Shown: positions 31,410-40,900 of the stretch, piece by piece
Layout of the letters: every line of letters starts with the position of its first letter
Position numbering within the stretch: position 1 is the stretch's first letter
IMG/VR virus record: IMGVR_UViG_3300045988_162908
DNA: 64,000 bases
DNA from: a virus
Strand: one strand, 5' to 3'
Translations under genes and position numbers: made by a program
The notes under the pieces: model-generated
Told to the model about the DNA's origin: nothing
What the model saw: only the letters and a program-made list of their open reading frames with translations
Database searches by the model: none

Positions 31410-32702
31410 ATGATTGATGATAATGAAAACAAGGGTTTAGCCTGGATAAATACTCCTTTTTCACTCACGAAACTGGATAGACAATACTCTCTTTTTCAGC
31501 AAAATGTGTTGATGATAACAAGCACGCACCTACAGAAGTTTGTAGATGAGTACTTTTTAGAGAAAAGGCAGTTGGGCGATGCTCGTTCTGATTTTCTTTT
31601 TGAGCAAGGCGTGGACCATGCTGTGATGAATATCCCGCCTATTAAGATAGACATCCATGATTTCATTACTTGCGAGAATATGAGCTATCAGAAGTTGAGA
31701 TCGGAGCTAAAGACAAGCATTCTCGATATGACGGTGAAGAGTACGCTGCCCGATGGTAGCGATGAGTTTGCTCATATATTCAGCCGCATGAGTATTCCGT
31801 CATCGAAGAACGGATATACGACTAAGGACGGAAAGAAGGTGAACCGCATATTGGGATATATCACGCTTGAGATTGATCCGAAACTTTCTAAGCGGGTGTT
31901 TGATATGGGACAGGGGTATATTCACCATATATCTATGATAGCTAAGTTTGCTAAGAATGTGAATACCCCTCGTGTCTATATCTATCTTTTGCGACAGATA
32001 GGATTGAGCAGGAGTATGGATATAGCCGTACCCTTCCTGGAGCTGAAATCTTATCTTGGTTTAGTGGAACTTGATTGTAATAAGAAAGAAATCTTAAAGA
32101 ATGAATCTGGAGAGCCTGTTATGAACAAATATCCTAAATTTTCTCAGTTTAGAAAGCAAGTTCTTGATGTGGTATGCAGAGATTTGCAGAGAATGGAAAA
32201 GCTATCCCAGACAGATATTGTGTTTGACGAATTGAAAGATGAGGATATTATCTATAAATCGGGTAAACGGAAAGGTGATCCGGACTTCATCAGATTTCGC
32301 GTGAAGCGCACAGTAGTAGGTGAGAATCATTTATCTAAGGATAAAAATACCGATATTGCCGCTACTCTGAATGAGCGATACAAGCAGAACAGCGTACAGA
32401 AGACCGGGAAACTGGTAGAGGGTGATATATTCGCCCATGTGCATCAGCCTACGGAAAGCAAGATTATAACCGAGAGCGGACAGGGTACCGACAAGTGGAA
32501 GGCTTTCTGTAAGCTCATTATAGGCGACGCTGAAAAATCACTGGTTTCCCGCATTTCCTTTGTCGGTATGAAGAACGACAGGTTCTGCGTGGAGTGCAGC
32601 GATGAGGACTTTGATATGCTTCGAAAGTTGGGCATCGAGGAAAAAGCTAAGGAGTTCTTTGACTGCAAAGGTTCTTTTGCACCAGTATTCTACCGAGGGT
32701 AG
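31410..32702 (+). CDS. iteron-type replication initiator (Rep_3/RepA-like)
   Basis: ATG at 31410 (MIDDNENKGLAWINTPFSLTKLDRQYSLFQQNVLMITS...) preferred over the GTG at 31362, which lies inside the iterons. The N-terminal pattern resembles Rep_3 initiators. Context is iterons upstream and parAB upstream of those. Confidence 0.7.
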   Translation: MIDDNENKGLAWINTPFSLTKLDRQYSLFQQNVLMITSTHLQKFVDEYFLEKRQLGDARSDFLFEQGVDHAVMNIPPIKIDIHDFITCENMSYQKLRSELKTSILDMTVKSTLPDGSDEFAHIFSRMSIPSSKNGYTTKDGKKVNRILGYITLEIDPKLSKRVFDMGQGYIHHISMIAKFAKNVNTPRVYIYLLRQIGLSRSMDIAVPFLELKSYLGLVELDCNKKEILKNESGEPVMNKYPKFSQFRKQVLDVVCRDLQRMEKLSQTDIVFDELKDEDIIYKSGKRKGDPDFIRFRVKRTVVGENHLSKDKNTDIAATLNERYKQNSVQKTGKLVEGDIFAHVHQPTESKIITESGQGTDKWKAFCKLIIGDAEKSLVSRISFVGMKNDRFCVECSDEDFDMLRKLGIEEKAKEFFDCKGSFAPVFYRG

Positions 32703-32706
32703 TCCT

Positions 32707-32879
32707 AAAGGTAAAAAAGTAAAAAGGTAAAAAGGTAAAAAGAGCCTGGCGGGATATTGCTGTTCTTTTTACCTTTTGCCTTTTATAGCAAGAATATTCT
32801 TTTTACTCTTTTACCTTTTTACTCTTATCAGCAAGAATGTTCTTTTTACCTTTTTACTCTTTTACCTTTTTACCTTTAA
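32707..32879. repeat. GTAAAAAG-type dispersed repeat complex (forward arm plus three inverted arms)
   Basis: The forward arm is AAAGGTAAAAAAGTAAAAAGGTAAAAAGGTAAAAAGAGC. The inverted arms include TTCTTTTTACCTTTTGCC, AGCAAGAATATTCTTTTTACTCTTTTACCTTTTTACTC and AGCAAGAATGTTCTTTTTACCTTTTTACTCTTTTACCTTTTTACCTTT. Confidence 0.9.
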
Positions 32880-32913
32880 AATTCTTTGTCCTTCCCATTT
32901 ATTTCTTTCTTTG

Positions 32914-32921
32914 TATCTTTG
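32914..32921 (+). promoter_or_regulatory. -7 promoter box TATCTTTG
   Basis: Exact TAnnTTTG followed by CA, 29 nt before ATG 32950. Confidence 0.5.
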
Positions 32922-32949
32922 CACCAGAAAAATTAAGAAATGAATACGT

Positions 32950-33561
32950 ATGAAACGGAAAGAGATTATACTACTACTGATGATGTCGGTAGTGATGGTG
33001 CTTACAGGCTGCGCTTCTTCTCGTCGAGTGACTGATATGAGTCACCAGGAAGTGAAGGACAGCATGAGGACAGAGCAGACGGATAGTGTACGCAAGACGG
33101 TGGTATCATCGGATAGCGTGCAGAAAAGTACACAATCGACGGTGCAGGTATCGTCTTCCACTACTGAAGGTGATAGCCTCTCTGAAACCATCCATGAGCT
33201 GATAACTGAGACCACGGATGCGCAAGGCAACAAGACGACCACCACGGATAGGACTATCCAGCGCAATTATGGCTCACAGAAACAAAGCAGTTCTCAGTTA
33301 ACTGCCAACCACCAACGGCATGAAATTAAACAGATGCAGCAGAGCGTGGATAGTATTGCACTAAGCGATAAGCGTGATGTGGGTACACACTGGGCAATCA
33401 ACGACAGTTTATCGGATAGGCAGGAGAAGAATACGGAAGATGTCAAAAGACAGTCTTTCATTGAAAAAGCATCCAAGAATGCCTTCGCTCTATTCGTCAT
33501 TCTGGTCATCGTTCTGGTACTTACATCATTCAAAAAACATACAGACAATGGGAAAGGGTAA
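32950..33561 (+). CDS. lipoprotein with an S/T/Q-rich body and a C-terminal TM anchor
   Basis: MKRKEIILLLMMSVVMVLTGC lipobox. Low-complexity middle. Hydrophobic FALFVILVIVLVLTSF near the end. Confidence 0.65.
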   Translation: MKRKEIILLLMMSVVMVLTGCASSRRVTDMSHQEVKDSMRTEQTDSVRKTVVSSDSVQKSTQSTVQVSSSTTEGDSLSETIHELITETTDAQGNKTTTTDRTIQRNYGSQKQSSSQLTANHQRHEIKQMQQSVDSIALSDKRDVGTHWAINDSLSDRQEKNTEDVKRQSFIEKASKNAFALFVILVIVLVLTSFKKHTDNGKG

Positions 33562-33856
33562 AAGAGGAAATGATTTTGACGGAATCGACAATAGCGATCA
33601 GGCGCAAGTAACCTTAGACGATTTCGTTATTCCGGCTAAGATAACGGCATTCTGCAATCAGTATGCGCCATTGGATCATTGGACGGAAGATTGCGATACC
33701 TATACCGACTACCAGTTGAGGAGCTACTTCAAGGCGGTGGTCTGTCCGTTAGGCGACCCGTTGAGTCTGTATCTGCAGGAGTTGAGTTATCACGGCTTTA
33801 AGATGCACAACGATGAAAGTGGTGAGCCGGTCATTTATTGTAAGGCAAAGTTTTAA
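33548..33856 (+). CDS. hypothetical protein
   Basis: ATG at 33548 (MGKGKRGNDF...) overlaps the upstream stop by 14 nt. The ORF-track start at 33374 lies deep inside the previous gene. Confidence 0.55.
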   Translation: MGKGKRGNDFDGIDNSDQAQVTLDDFVIPAKITAFCNQYAPLDHWTEDCDTYTDYQLRSYFKAVVCPLGDPLSLYLQELSYHGFKMHNDESGEPVIYCKAKF

Positions 33857-33875
33857 TTATCAAAATAAAGGATTT

Positions 33876-34457
33876 ATGGGAAAGAACAACAGACCTCACG
33901 TTTATCTCAAGGTAAGTGAGGAAAGCGAGACAGGTAAGAAGTTGCAAAGCTTTATTGATGATTGCAATAGGGTGAGTGAAACGGCAAGAGCCTGGGTGGA
34001 AAAGCAGGGTGGAGATACCTACTTTGAGTCGGTGGCTGGCATGGCTGGCGGTGTAGCGATGGTAGAGTTCAAGAATACCATCAGCAAGCCTGGATGGAAG
34101 AATATAGAAATCCCTAACGTGGAGGGCATCGAGCGAACTCCTTATTTTGTTCCAGAACCTGATAGTGCGTTGGAGAAGGAAATGATGGCGCTGCCTGTTG
34201 TGAGCGAAATGAACCTGATAGGTATGCTGCAGCTCAAGCCTATTGAGGAAAAAGATAAGGATGGCAATCCTATCAAGGACCAGGACGGGAACGCAGTCAT
34301 TCTTCCGTTCTCTTTCGGTGATACGGCTCCTGCCTTGTTCAAGTATCGTGGTTTCTGGTACACGGATGTGCCTTATGAGAGCCTGTCAGACGATTGTCAG
34401 GTAATCACAGAGAAGGAATTTTATCGCCGCAGAATGTCGGCAACAAATAAATCATAA
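33876..34457 (+). CDS. hypothetical protein
   Basis: ATG at 33876 (MGKNNRPHVYLK...). 193 aa. Confidence 0.6.
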   Translation: MGKNNRPHVYLKVSEESETGKKLQSFIDDCNRVSETARAWVEKQGGDTYFESVAGMAGGVAMVEFKNTISKPGWKNIEIPNVEGIERTPYFVPEPDSALEKEMMALPVVSEMNLIGMLQLKPIEEKDKDGNPIKDQDGNAVILPFSFGDTAPALFKYRGFWYTDVPYESLSDDCQVITEKEFYRRRMSATNKS

Positions 34458-34608
34458 AGTGATCGTGAGATTATTCTTTTTCTTAGAAGCGTTCTAATCG
34501 AATTTTAGAAATGATCTTAATTTTTTATTATGTTTTTTATTATTAGTTAGATTTTTTATTATCTTCTTGGTCGCCTATCCATCACGGACGGGCGACCTTT
34601 TTTTTTGT

Positions 34609-35301
34609 TTATTTATCATCGTGCATCAGTGGGTCGGCAGCCATACCGACATTGCCAGAGCCATATCTTGCATCAGTCATGCTGAGTATGCGGTGGGTGA
34701 GGGTGGCAATCTCTCGTTGCTGTTCTGCAATGAGCGTCTGTTGCCCTGCCATCTGTTTCTGTTGCTCTGCGATAATATCGAGCATCTTGTTAAGCGTTGA
34801 TAGGCTCACGTCTGATTCCTTTTCTGGAAGAGACTGATTGATGAAAGCATGATGAGCAGATGATGACTGATGGATGTCTCCAGTCTGAACATTCTGCCTA
34901 TAGGCCTTGATGTTTGTCAGTCCGGGTATGATGGATTTCATGCGATCCACATCCATAGGATCACGCAGGGCACGACCGCCGTTAGGTCGTCTCTCATTTT
35001 GTGAGATATAGCCGCCATTCGGTTCAAACTGGTCATTAATGTCTGGTTGCACATAGTCAAGTTCATCTATGCTTTTATCGTATTTAGCATCCGTATCAAC
35101 GATGAAAGCGGTGATAGGTACCTGGAACGTATTGCAGAATCGCAGGAGTTGGATAGTAGGGATAGGGGCTTTCATTCTTTCCCAATTACCCAGCCTCGTA
35201 TTGCTTGTTGTACCTATGGCATGAAGAATCTGCCTATCCGTAATATCTCTATTCGCTTTTATCCATTTTTCGAGGAAGCTATAATTATAACAATATTTCA
35301 T
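34609..35301 (-). CDS. HTH (XRE-like) regulator with a C-terminal coiled coil
   Basis: Start at M14 (MKYCYNY...). ITDRQILHAIGTTSNTRLGNWERMKAPIPTIQLLRFCNTFQVPITAFI is HTH_3-like. The C-terminal part is Q-rich and heptad-like. It is divergent from the 35435 promoter, with operator-like 10-mers between. Confidence 0.65.
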   Translation of the reverse strand: MKYCYNYSFLEKWIKANRDITDRQILHAIGTTSNTRLGNWERMKAPIPTIQLLRFCNTFQVPITAFIVDTDAKYDKSIDELDYVQPDINDQFEPNGGYISQNERRPNGGRALRDPMDVDRMKSIIPGLTNIKAYRQNVQTGDIHQSSSAHHAFINQSLPEKESDVSLSTLNKMLDIIAEQQKQMAGQQTLIAEQQREIATLTHRILSMTDARYGSGNVGMAADPLMHDDK

Positions 35302-35356
35302 ATCACTAATAATTAAAAAGGTGAATAACTCTAAAAACACACTCTAAACTAAATAT

Positions 35357-35366
35357 TATACGTAAC
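35357..35366 (+). promoter_or_regulatory. operator candidate TATACGTAAC (copy 1)
   Basis: Contains the palindromic core TACGTA. It lies in the divergent intergenic region. Confidence 0.5.
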
Positions 35367-35399
35367 CTATGTTAAATTCCCCTAATTTTAAAAGAAAAA

Positions 35400-35409
35400 T
35401 ATACGTAAC
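35400..35409 (+). promoter_or_regulatory. operator candidate TATACGTAAC (copy 2)
   Basis: Identical 10-mer 43 bp from copy 1, abutting the -33 TTTG of the rightward promoter. Confidence 0.5.
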
Positions 35410-35410
35410 G

Positions 35411-35442
35411 TTTGTTTATTTCAATTTTAATCTTTAAATTTG
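35411..35442 (+). promoter_or_regulatory. Bacteroidota promoter TTTG-N20-TAAATTTG
   Basis: TTTG at 35411 and TAAATTTG at 35435, 24 nt start-to-start. Confidence 0.65.
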
Positions 35443-35468
35443 CAACAAATTTAAGAAATTTAATTGAA

Positions 35469-35978
35469 ATGACAAAGGAAATTATAGAAAAAGTTACGCA
35501 GCAGAACAATTCGTTAGACGTTAACGACCTAAATGCTGAAGAGAAGAAGAATTTAGCTGAGTTTTTATCGGCTAAGGGCTTCACTGACTCTACTTTTTAC
35601 CTTCGATTCTTTCAGAAAGGTTTCGATGCTTGGGAAATTCTGGGTATTAATAACTGTAAAAGTCAGTTTTTAGGTATGCCTGATATAGGTAAGGTATTAC
35701 TTGAGTACGTAGAGCGTGATGCCTTGGGTAACGAGATAGGCGATAAGGGTTATCTCTATACTCTTGCCCAGAGTGATAAGCCGGGTGTATTTTATGCCTG
35801 TTTGAAGCAGGCAGCAAACGGCTTATGTATGAAACTCTACTCCTTCATGGAGGAACGAGGTATGAGTCGTACCACCATCATCAAGCGTTTCTCGTCTGAT
35901 GACTGGAAAGAGTGGGAAAAGGTAGGCATCAAAGCCTTGCTGGAAGAGTTCTTAAAAGGTAAAAAAGTAAAAGAGTAA
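35469..35978 (+). CDS. hypothetical protein
   Basis: ATG at 35469 (MTKEIIEKVTQQ...), 27 nt after the -7 box. The C-terminus ...KGKKVKE is encoded by the start of a GTAAAAAG repeat. Confidence 0.65.
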   Translation: MTKEIIEKVTQQNNSLDVNDLNAEEKKNLAEFLSAKGFTDSTFYLRFFQKGFDAWEILGINNCKSQFLGMPDIGKVLLEYVERDALGNEIGDKGYLYTLAQSDKPGVFYACLKQAANGLCMKLYSFMEERGMSRTTIIKRFSSDDWKEWEKVGIKALLEEFLKGKKVKE

Positions 35979-36094
35979 AAAGGTAAAAAGCAGTCTTACT
36001 GAAAAAGGTAAAAACCTCGCATGAATCCAGGGAACAAGGAAAAGAAGCAGGAATGCTCTTTTTACCTTTTTACCTTTTTACTTTTTTACTTTTC
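35955..36094. repeat. GTAAAAAG-type dispersed repeat complex (forward and inverted arms)
   Basis: AAAGGTAAAAAAGTAAAAGAGTAAAAAGGTAAAAAG ... GAATGCTCTTTTTACCTTTTTACCTTTTTACTTTTTTACTTTTC. Confidence 0.9.
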
Positions 36095-36106
36095 AAAGAT
36101 GAAACG

Positions 36107-36832
36107 ATGATTGACATAACTATTGATTTTGAAACCTGTGCGCTCCCAGCTACCGCAGCCATCATGAGTGTTGGCGCGGTAGCGTGGAAGCGCTACGATA
36201 CCGAAAATCCGTTCTTCGAGAAAAGTGACGGATTGCTGAGGTACCCAACCTTTTCGGCAAACGTCGATTTGCGAAGCTGCTTTGTGAAAGGCTTCACTTT
36301 TGACCAGAAAACTGCTGAATGGTGGTCACAGCAGAGCGAAGAAGCAAAACAGGCTTTGCTCGATGATGATGATGGGGACAATCCTTGTCTTCCGATAGAC
36401 GTGGTTATCACGGACTTGCTCGGTTGGATAAAGGATGAGGTGCTGGCAACGCTGGGAGATACAGACCTTTGCCTTTGGGCGCAGGGTACTGATTTCGACG
36501 TCGCCATACTAAGATATGCCTGCTACAAGTTGGGCATCGAGTTCAATGTCAAGCATACTCAGTTCCGTGACCATCGCACGTACTATTTGGAGGGTGCGCG
36601 TCTCCTATGGGAGGCAAACAATACGTTTGATCACAATAGTGTTCCTTTTAGTGTTGATTGGGCTTATGGGCAAACTCAAGACTATCAGGATATTGCCGAT
36701 GACGGTGCAGCTCATGACCCTATCTTTGATTGCAAGCGCAGTATATATAGCACTTGGCAGATGATGAAGAGAATGCGAGCTTTCCCGATTCGGTTATCTG
36801 AACTCGAAAAACAGAATGTCTGCGGGTCTTGA
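36107..36832 (+). CDS. DEDDh 3'-5' exonuclease (DnaQ-like fold)
   Basis: Exo I DITIDFET, Exo II QGTDFDVAILR and Exo III AAHDPIFDC (H-x4-D). ATG at 36107. Confidence 0.7.
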   Translation: MIDITIDFETCALPATAAIMSVGAVAWKRYDTENPFFEKSDGLLRYPTFSANVDLRSCFVKGFTFDQKTAEWWSQQSEEAKQALLDDDDGDNPCLPIDVVITDLLGWIKDEVLATLGDTDLCLWAQGTDFDVAILRYACYKLGIEFNVKHTQFRDHRTYYLEGARLLWEANNTFDHNSVPFSVDWAYGQTQDYQDIADDGAAHDPIFDCKRSIYSTWQMMKRMRAFPIRLSELEKQNVCGS

Positions 36833-36853
36833 CGTTTTATTGCAGCAAGAGTT

Positions 36854-37276
36854 ATGAAAAGAAGATACGACTATCTGGGCATGAAATATACGCCCAATAG
36901 ACAACATCTGAAGGCATCGGGGCAAAGGTCTAAACATGCCTTTATTCATCGCATCGCTTACACCGAGACGATGAGAGGCATCAGGGATGATATTCCCACC
37001 TTGCTCTTCTATGCTCCATTCGCATTATGCTATGATGCTGCCCAATACATCTATGATATTCTGAAGAATCACGTAGAAGATATTCGGGTTGTTCCCTCGC
37101 ACAGTTGCCGTGTCAAGAACGGCAAATGCTACTGGAGAACAGAGGTGCAGGTAATAGGGCTGAATACGGAGCTTTTGAACTTTGAGAGCTTCACCAGAAT
37201 GCTGATACATCGGATGCAGGTTATCTGCAACTGCAAGATACGGCATCTGAAACTTGAGACATTTTTGAACACATAG
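36854..37276 (+). CDS. hypothetical protein
   Basis: 140-aa ATG ORF. Confidence 0.6.
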   Translation: MKRRYDYLGMKYTPNRQHLKASGQRSKHAFIHRIAYTETMRGIRDDIPTLLFYAPFALCYDAAQYIYDILKNHVEDIRVVPSHSCRVKNGKCYWRTEVQVIGLNTELLNFESFTRMLIHRMQVICNCKIRHLKLETFLNT

Positions 37277-37328
37277 CAACATTTTTACTCATATAACATT
37301 TATCATACAAAAGTTGTACTGAAAAAAG

Positions 37329-37357
37329 CTCCTTCGTTGGGAAACGCGGGAGTTTTT
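37329..37357 (+). terminator. conserved terminator hairpin (copy A)
   Basis: CTCC-tt-CGTT-GGGA-AACG-cg-GGAG followed by TTTTT. GNRA-type loop. 22/24 identical to 61387-61410. Confidence 0.6.
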
Positions 37358-37908
37358 AAATATGAGTAACGACGTGTTTTGATACGTTCCGAATGTTTAT
37401 TTTTTTTAGACAACCGAGCCATCGGTGAAATGGCAGGAAGACCGGAAGGGCGATAGTGGTGCGGTAGAGGATAATCCCTGCCACCACAATAAACGGCTCT
37501 CAAAACGACGCAGGAATAGTCTGATTAAAAAGCCTGAGAATCCTGTTTCAAAAAGTGACCGTGAAATTTGGCGTGTCGCCCGAGGTCTTCTTTATAGTGT
37601 GAAATAATGATATTGACGAATAGACCCATGAGAGGCGAAGGATGGCAGTAATGCGTCCTGAACTCGTTCATACGCGATCCTGTGCCCGAAATAGCAATGA
37701 TACCTGAATGGATAGGTGGGAGATGTATCAATTTTACATAATTTTATGTGTCGTGGCATTACTGATACATTCCTATTGAGGCGCTCGGACAGGTACATAG
37801 CTGGAGGCTTATAACACTGGAAAGCAGGGTCGTCATCACTTAAGTTTGGCCTCGCCTATCTCATTGGGTCTATTTTCGTCGATACTATAAATATACGATA
37901 GTAAGAAA

Positions 37909-40900
37909 ATGATATATCATCCTATAATCAACCAGCTTGCCAATCTCGACATGGCTTTCCTTGTGAAGCCTGCCGATGAGCAGCATATAGCGAATCAGAC
38001 TGCCTGCTTCTGCCCGTTCTGTCAGAAGAAGGCGGATGATGGTATGGATGATAGCGATACACCTGCCCAACAGACTCCGCATTTCATTATCTATAATAAT
38101 GAGCGAGGCGGTATGTACGACGGTGTGGGTGTGGATGACGACAACCAGGCAGGGCATGGAGCCTTGCGCTGGATGTGTACCAAGACCGGCAAAAGCGGTT
38201 ATGGAGCATTGGAACTCTATGCTGCCATGCGCAACCTGCCGATGCACGGGGCAAGTCTTTTGCGCCTATGCCATGACCTCGTGGTGAGGGTGTATGGCGA
38301 CAATGAGAAGACAAGGGTCAAATGGCCGATGCTCTTTGCTAAGATGGACTATCGTACCATTGCCACACAAACTATTGAGACGTTTTCATTTTTACCAAAA
38401 GTTGACTTCAATCCCCAGGAGCTCGCAGCTTTGGGGTGCGATGTCACAATGGTAAAGGGAATCCCTCAATTTGGGTTTGGTAAGGATTTCAGCACGACCA
38501 TGCTGAATGATGATTTCCGCATCTATGCCGTGGATAAAGTGACCTTGCCCAACGTGGTGAGAAACGGGCAATTAGCGAGTGAGGTGATCTATGGTACTCC
38601 ATGGAACCCTCTTTTCGTCTGCTTCGCTACAGACGTGATAGCGCCTCAAGGCAGTTGCGGATGTTTCTTCCGTCCGGCTATGCAGCAAGACCCGATAGTC
38701 TTCTCTACCTGTGAGGATCATAGCGTAAGAAAGGTGAGCAAGTGGCTGATGGGTGATAAGGTTTTCACTTATGCGATGGACCATCGGAGTAACAACTCTA
38801 CTGCCGTTCATTCGGCAATAGAAAAACTGCAACCCGATGAGCCTTATACAGAGACTAAGGAGATATGGGTAGAGAATGAAACGAAGGAAGGAGCGCCGAA
38901 AGGTACTTATCATAGCGAAGAGGAACCCATAGAAGTGGGTGACATCAAGGCGCAGAATATCGTATTCTGCAGAACACCGGAAGACGCATTGAGTATCTAT
39001 TACGCCATGCGTTCCCTGCGTCAGGATAAGGCGCAGGACAGCCATTTTCAGAAATACTGCTGGTACCACGTAGCCTTCTCGCTTGGCAGAAGAAACTTCT
39101 GGTATATCGAGCGGGGGCAGTGGAGGCAGGAAAAGCTCGACTTCAATGCTGTGCAGTATCAGAAGATGAAGCGATTTGCCGAGAGGGTCATCATGCTTTA
39201 CCCTAACGACATCGCCAGCCAGAGGGATTGTGGAGCCATCGCAACCAAGTATTGCGATATTTGCTATGCTACATTGCCAGATGGCTTTAGAAGTAGATAT
39301 AACCAAAGGTGGAACTGGTTGTATGGTTGCTCACCACGAAGCGTGAGAGATTATCTGATGTGCTATCACATGGATGATGCCGACAACTTCAAGTTCGACC
39401 ACGATATAAGGTTGCCGCTATACTCAAGACTGCGAGGTGCCAACAATACGGACCCATTCGAGATAGAATATCCCCGTGACCCTCGAAGTGGCAAACCAAA
39501 ACCGCCTACCTGTAAGGTATCGCCTACTAAGGTTTGGCTTTTTATGACGTGCCATGGATATTACAGAATGATAGACCCTGAGAGTACCGACCTTGTAGGT
39601 CAGTATATCCATCTGGATAGATGTTTCGTTGAATACATCGACCAGAAGAGTATCATTCAGGCAACGAAGACCCAACTCCTGCAGTTTACAGAACAGAGTT
39701 GGCGGCATAATAACCAGGAGCGCAAGATGATGTCAGACTGCGCCAACCTGATAGACAAGAATTTCAGCGAGAAATCGGCTGGCGGCTTGCAGGGTATGGT
39801 GATAGACTTCACCGAAAGTTTCGATGCTCATACGGAATATTTCTTCTTCCGCAATGTGGCGTTGAAGATTACTCCCGAAGTCATCATGCCAGTCAGCTAC
39901 GACCGCCTGAATTTCTTTATCCCAGCCTTGGCAAAGAAACCGTATGATTTCACGATGAGGGTGTTCAATCCTCCTTTCGTAATCAGCGAGAGTCAGGAAT
40001 ATAAGGATAGGGTAGCAGCCATCGCCCAAGAGGAAGCGCAGGTTAACGAGGACGGTTCACCGGTCTTTTCAAGAGAGGAAATCGACCAGAAAAAAGCTGA
40101 GCTTAAAGACTGGGCGCAGACCTTCCGCTGGCAAGTGGACTGGCAAGGCAAGCAGGAAAAAGAACTTTGGCCGATACTGAGAGTGATTCGAGGCTGCTGC
40201 AATATGCAGTGGCGACTGGAGCAGGATTGCATTCGCAACAAAGAACCGATGTCTGCCGAAGCCATCGCCGACATCAACTCCCATTTTGCCAACATGATTT
40301 CCTGTTTGGGAAGAATCTGCTATCGCTCATGGGCCAACATGCAGAGTATCTGCCCTTATCTCCTCGAAGATGAGGTGGAGGACGAGAAGCAGGCAAGTGG
40401 TGGTTCGGGTAAATCACTCATGGTGAATCTCGTGGTAGGTTCAGCAGTGAATATACTTCGTGTCGATATGAAGGACTTCATAACGATAGCCGATGCAAAG
40501 TTCAGCCTGTCTGACTTGTTGATATATCCAGGCAAGTTTAGAGTAGTGCATTGGGAAGATAAGCCTTCTGGTTTCCCGATGAAATACTTCTATAATAAGG
40601 TAACGGCGGGAGCCAAGGTAGAACGAAAGTTCGGCGACCCTATCGTCTTCAAGCTGGAAGAATCACCGTTAAACGTGATTACCAGTAACTCGCAGTTGAG
40701 TGATGACGATGAGAGTACCATCGGACGTTTTCCACTGGTATCATTATCTGATAGATTCTGCCGTGATAACCCTATGCAGCATAAGGTGGCGCGTTCCCCA
40801 AAGGAAGTGATGAAAAATCTCGTGACAGACCCAGAAGAGTTGAATGAGCGAGACCGCAATCAGGCGATATACATCTGCGCCCTTGCCGTTCAGTTCATCA

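Noticed and set aside
37303-37798. IS1595-type transposase pseudogene on the minus strand
   Set aside because: There are only short, frame-hopping resemblances (KFHG, YLK..F.N). No DDE residues or terminal inverted repeats could be identified. It is mentioned as a possibility but not called.
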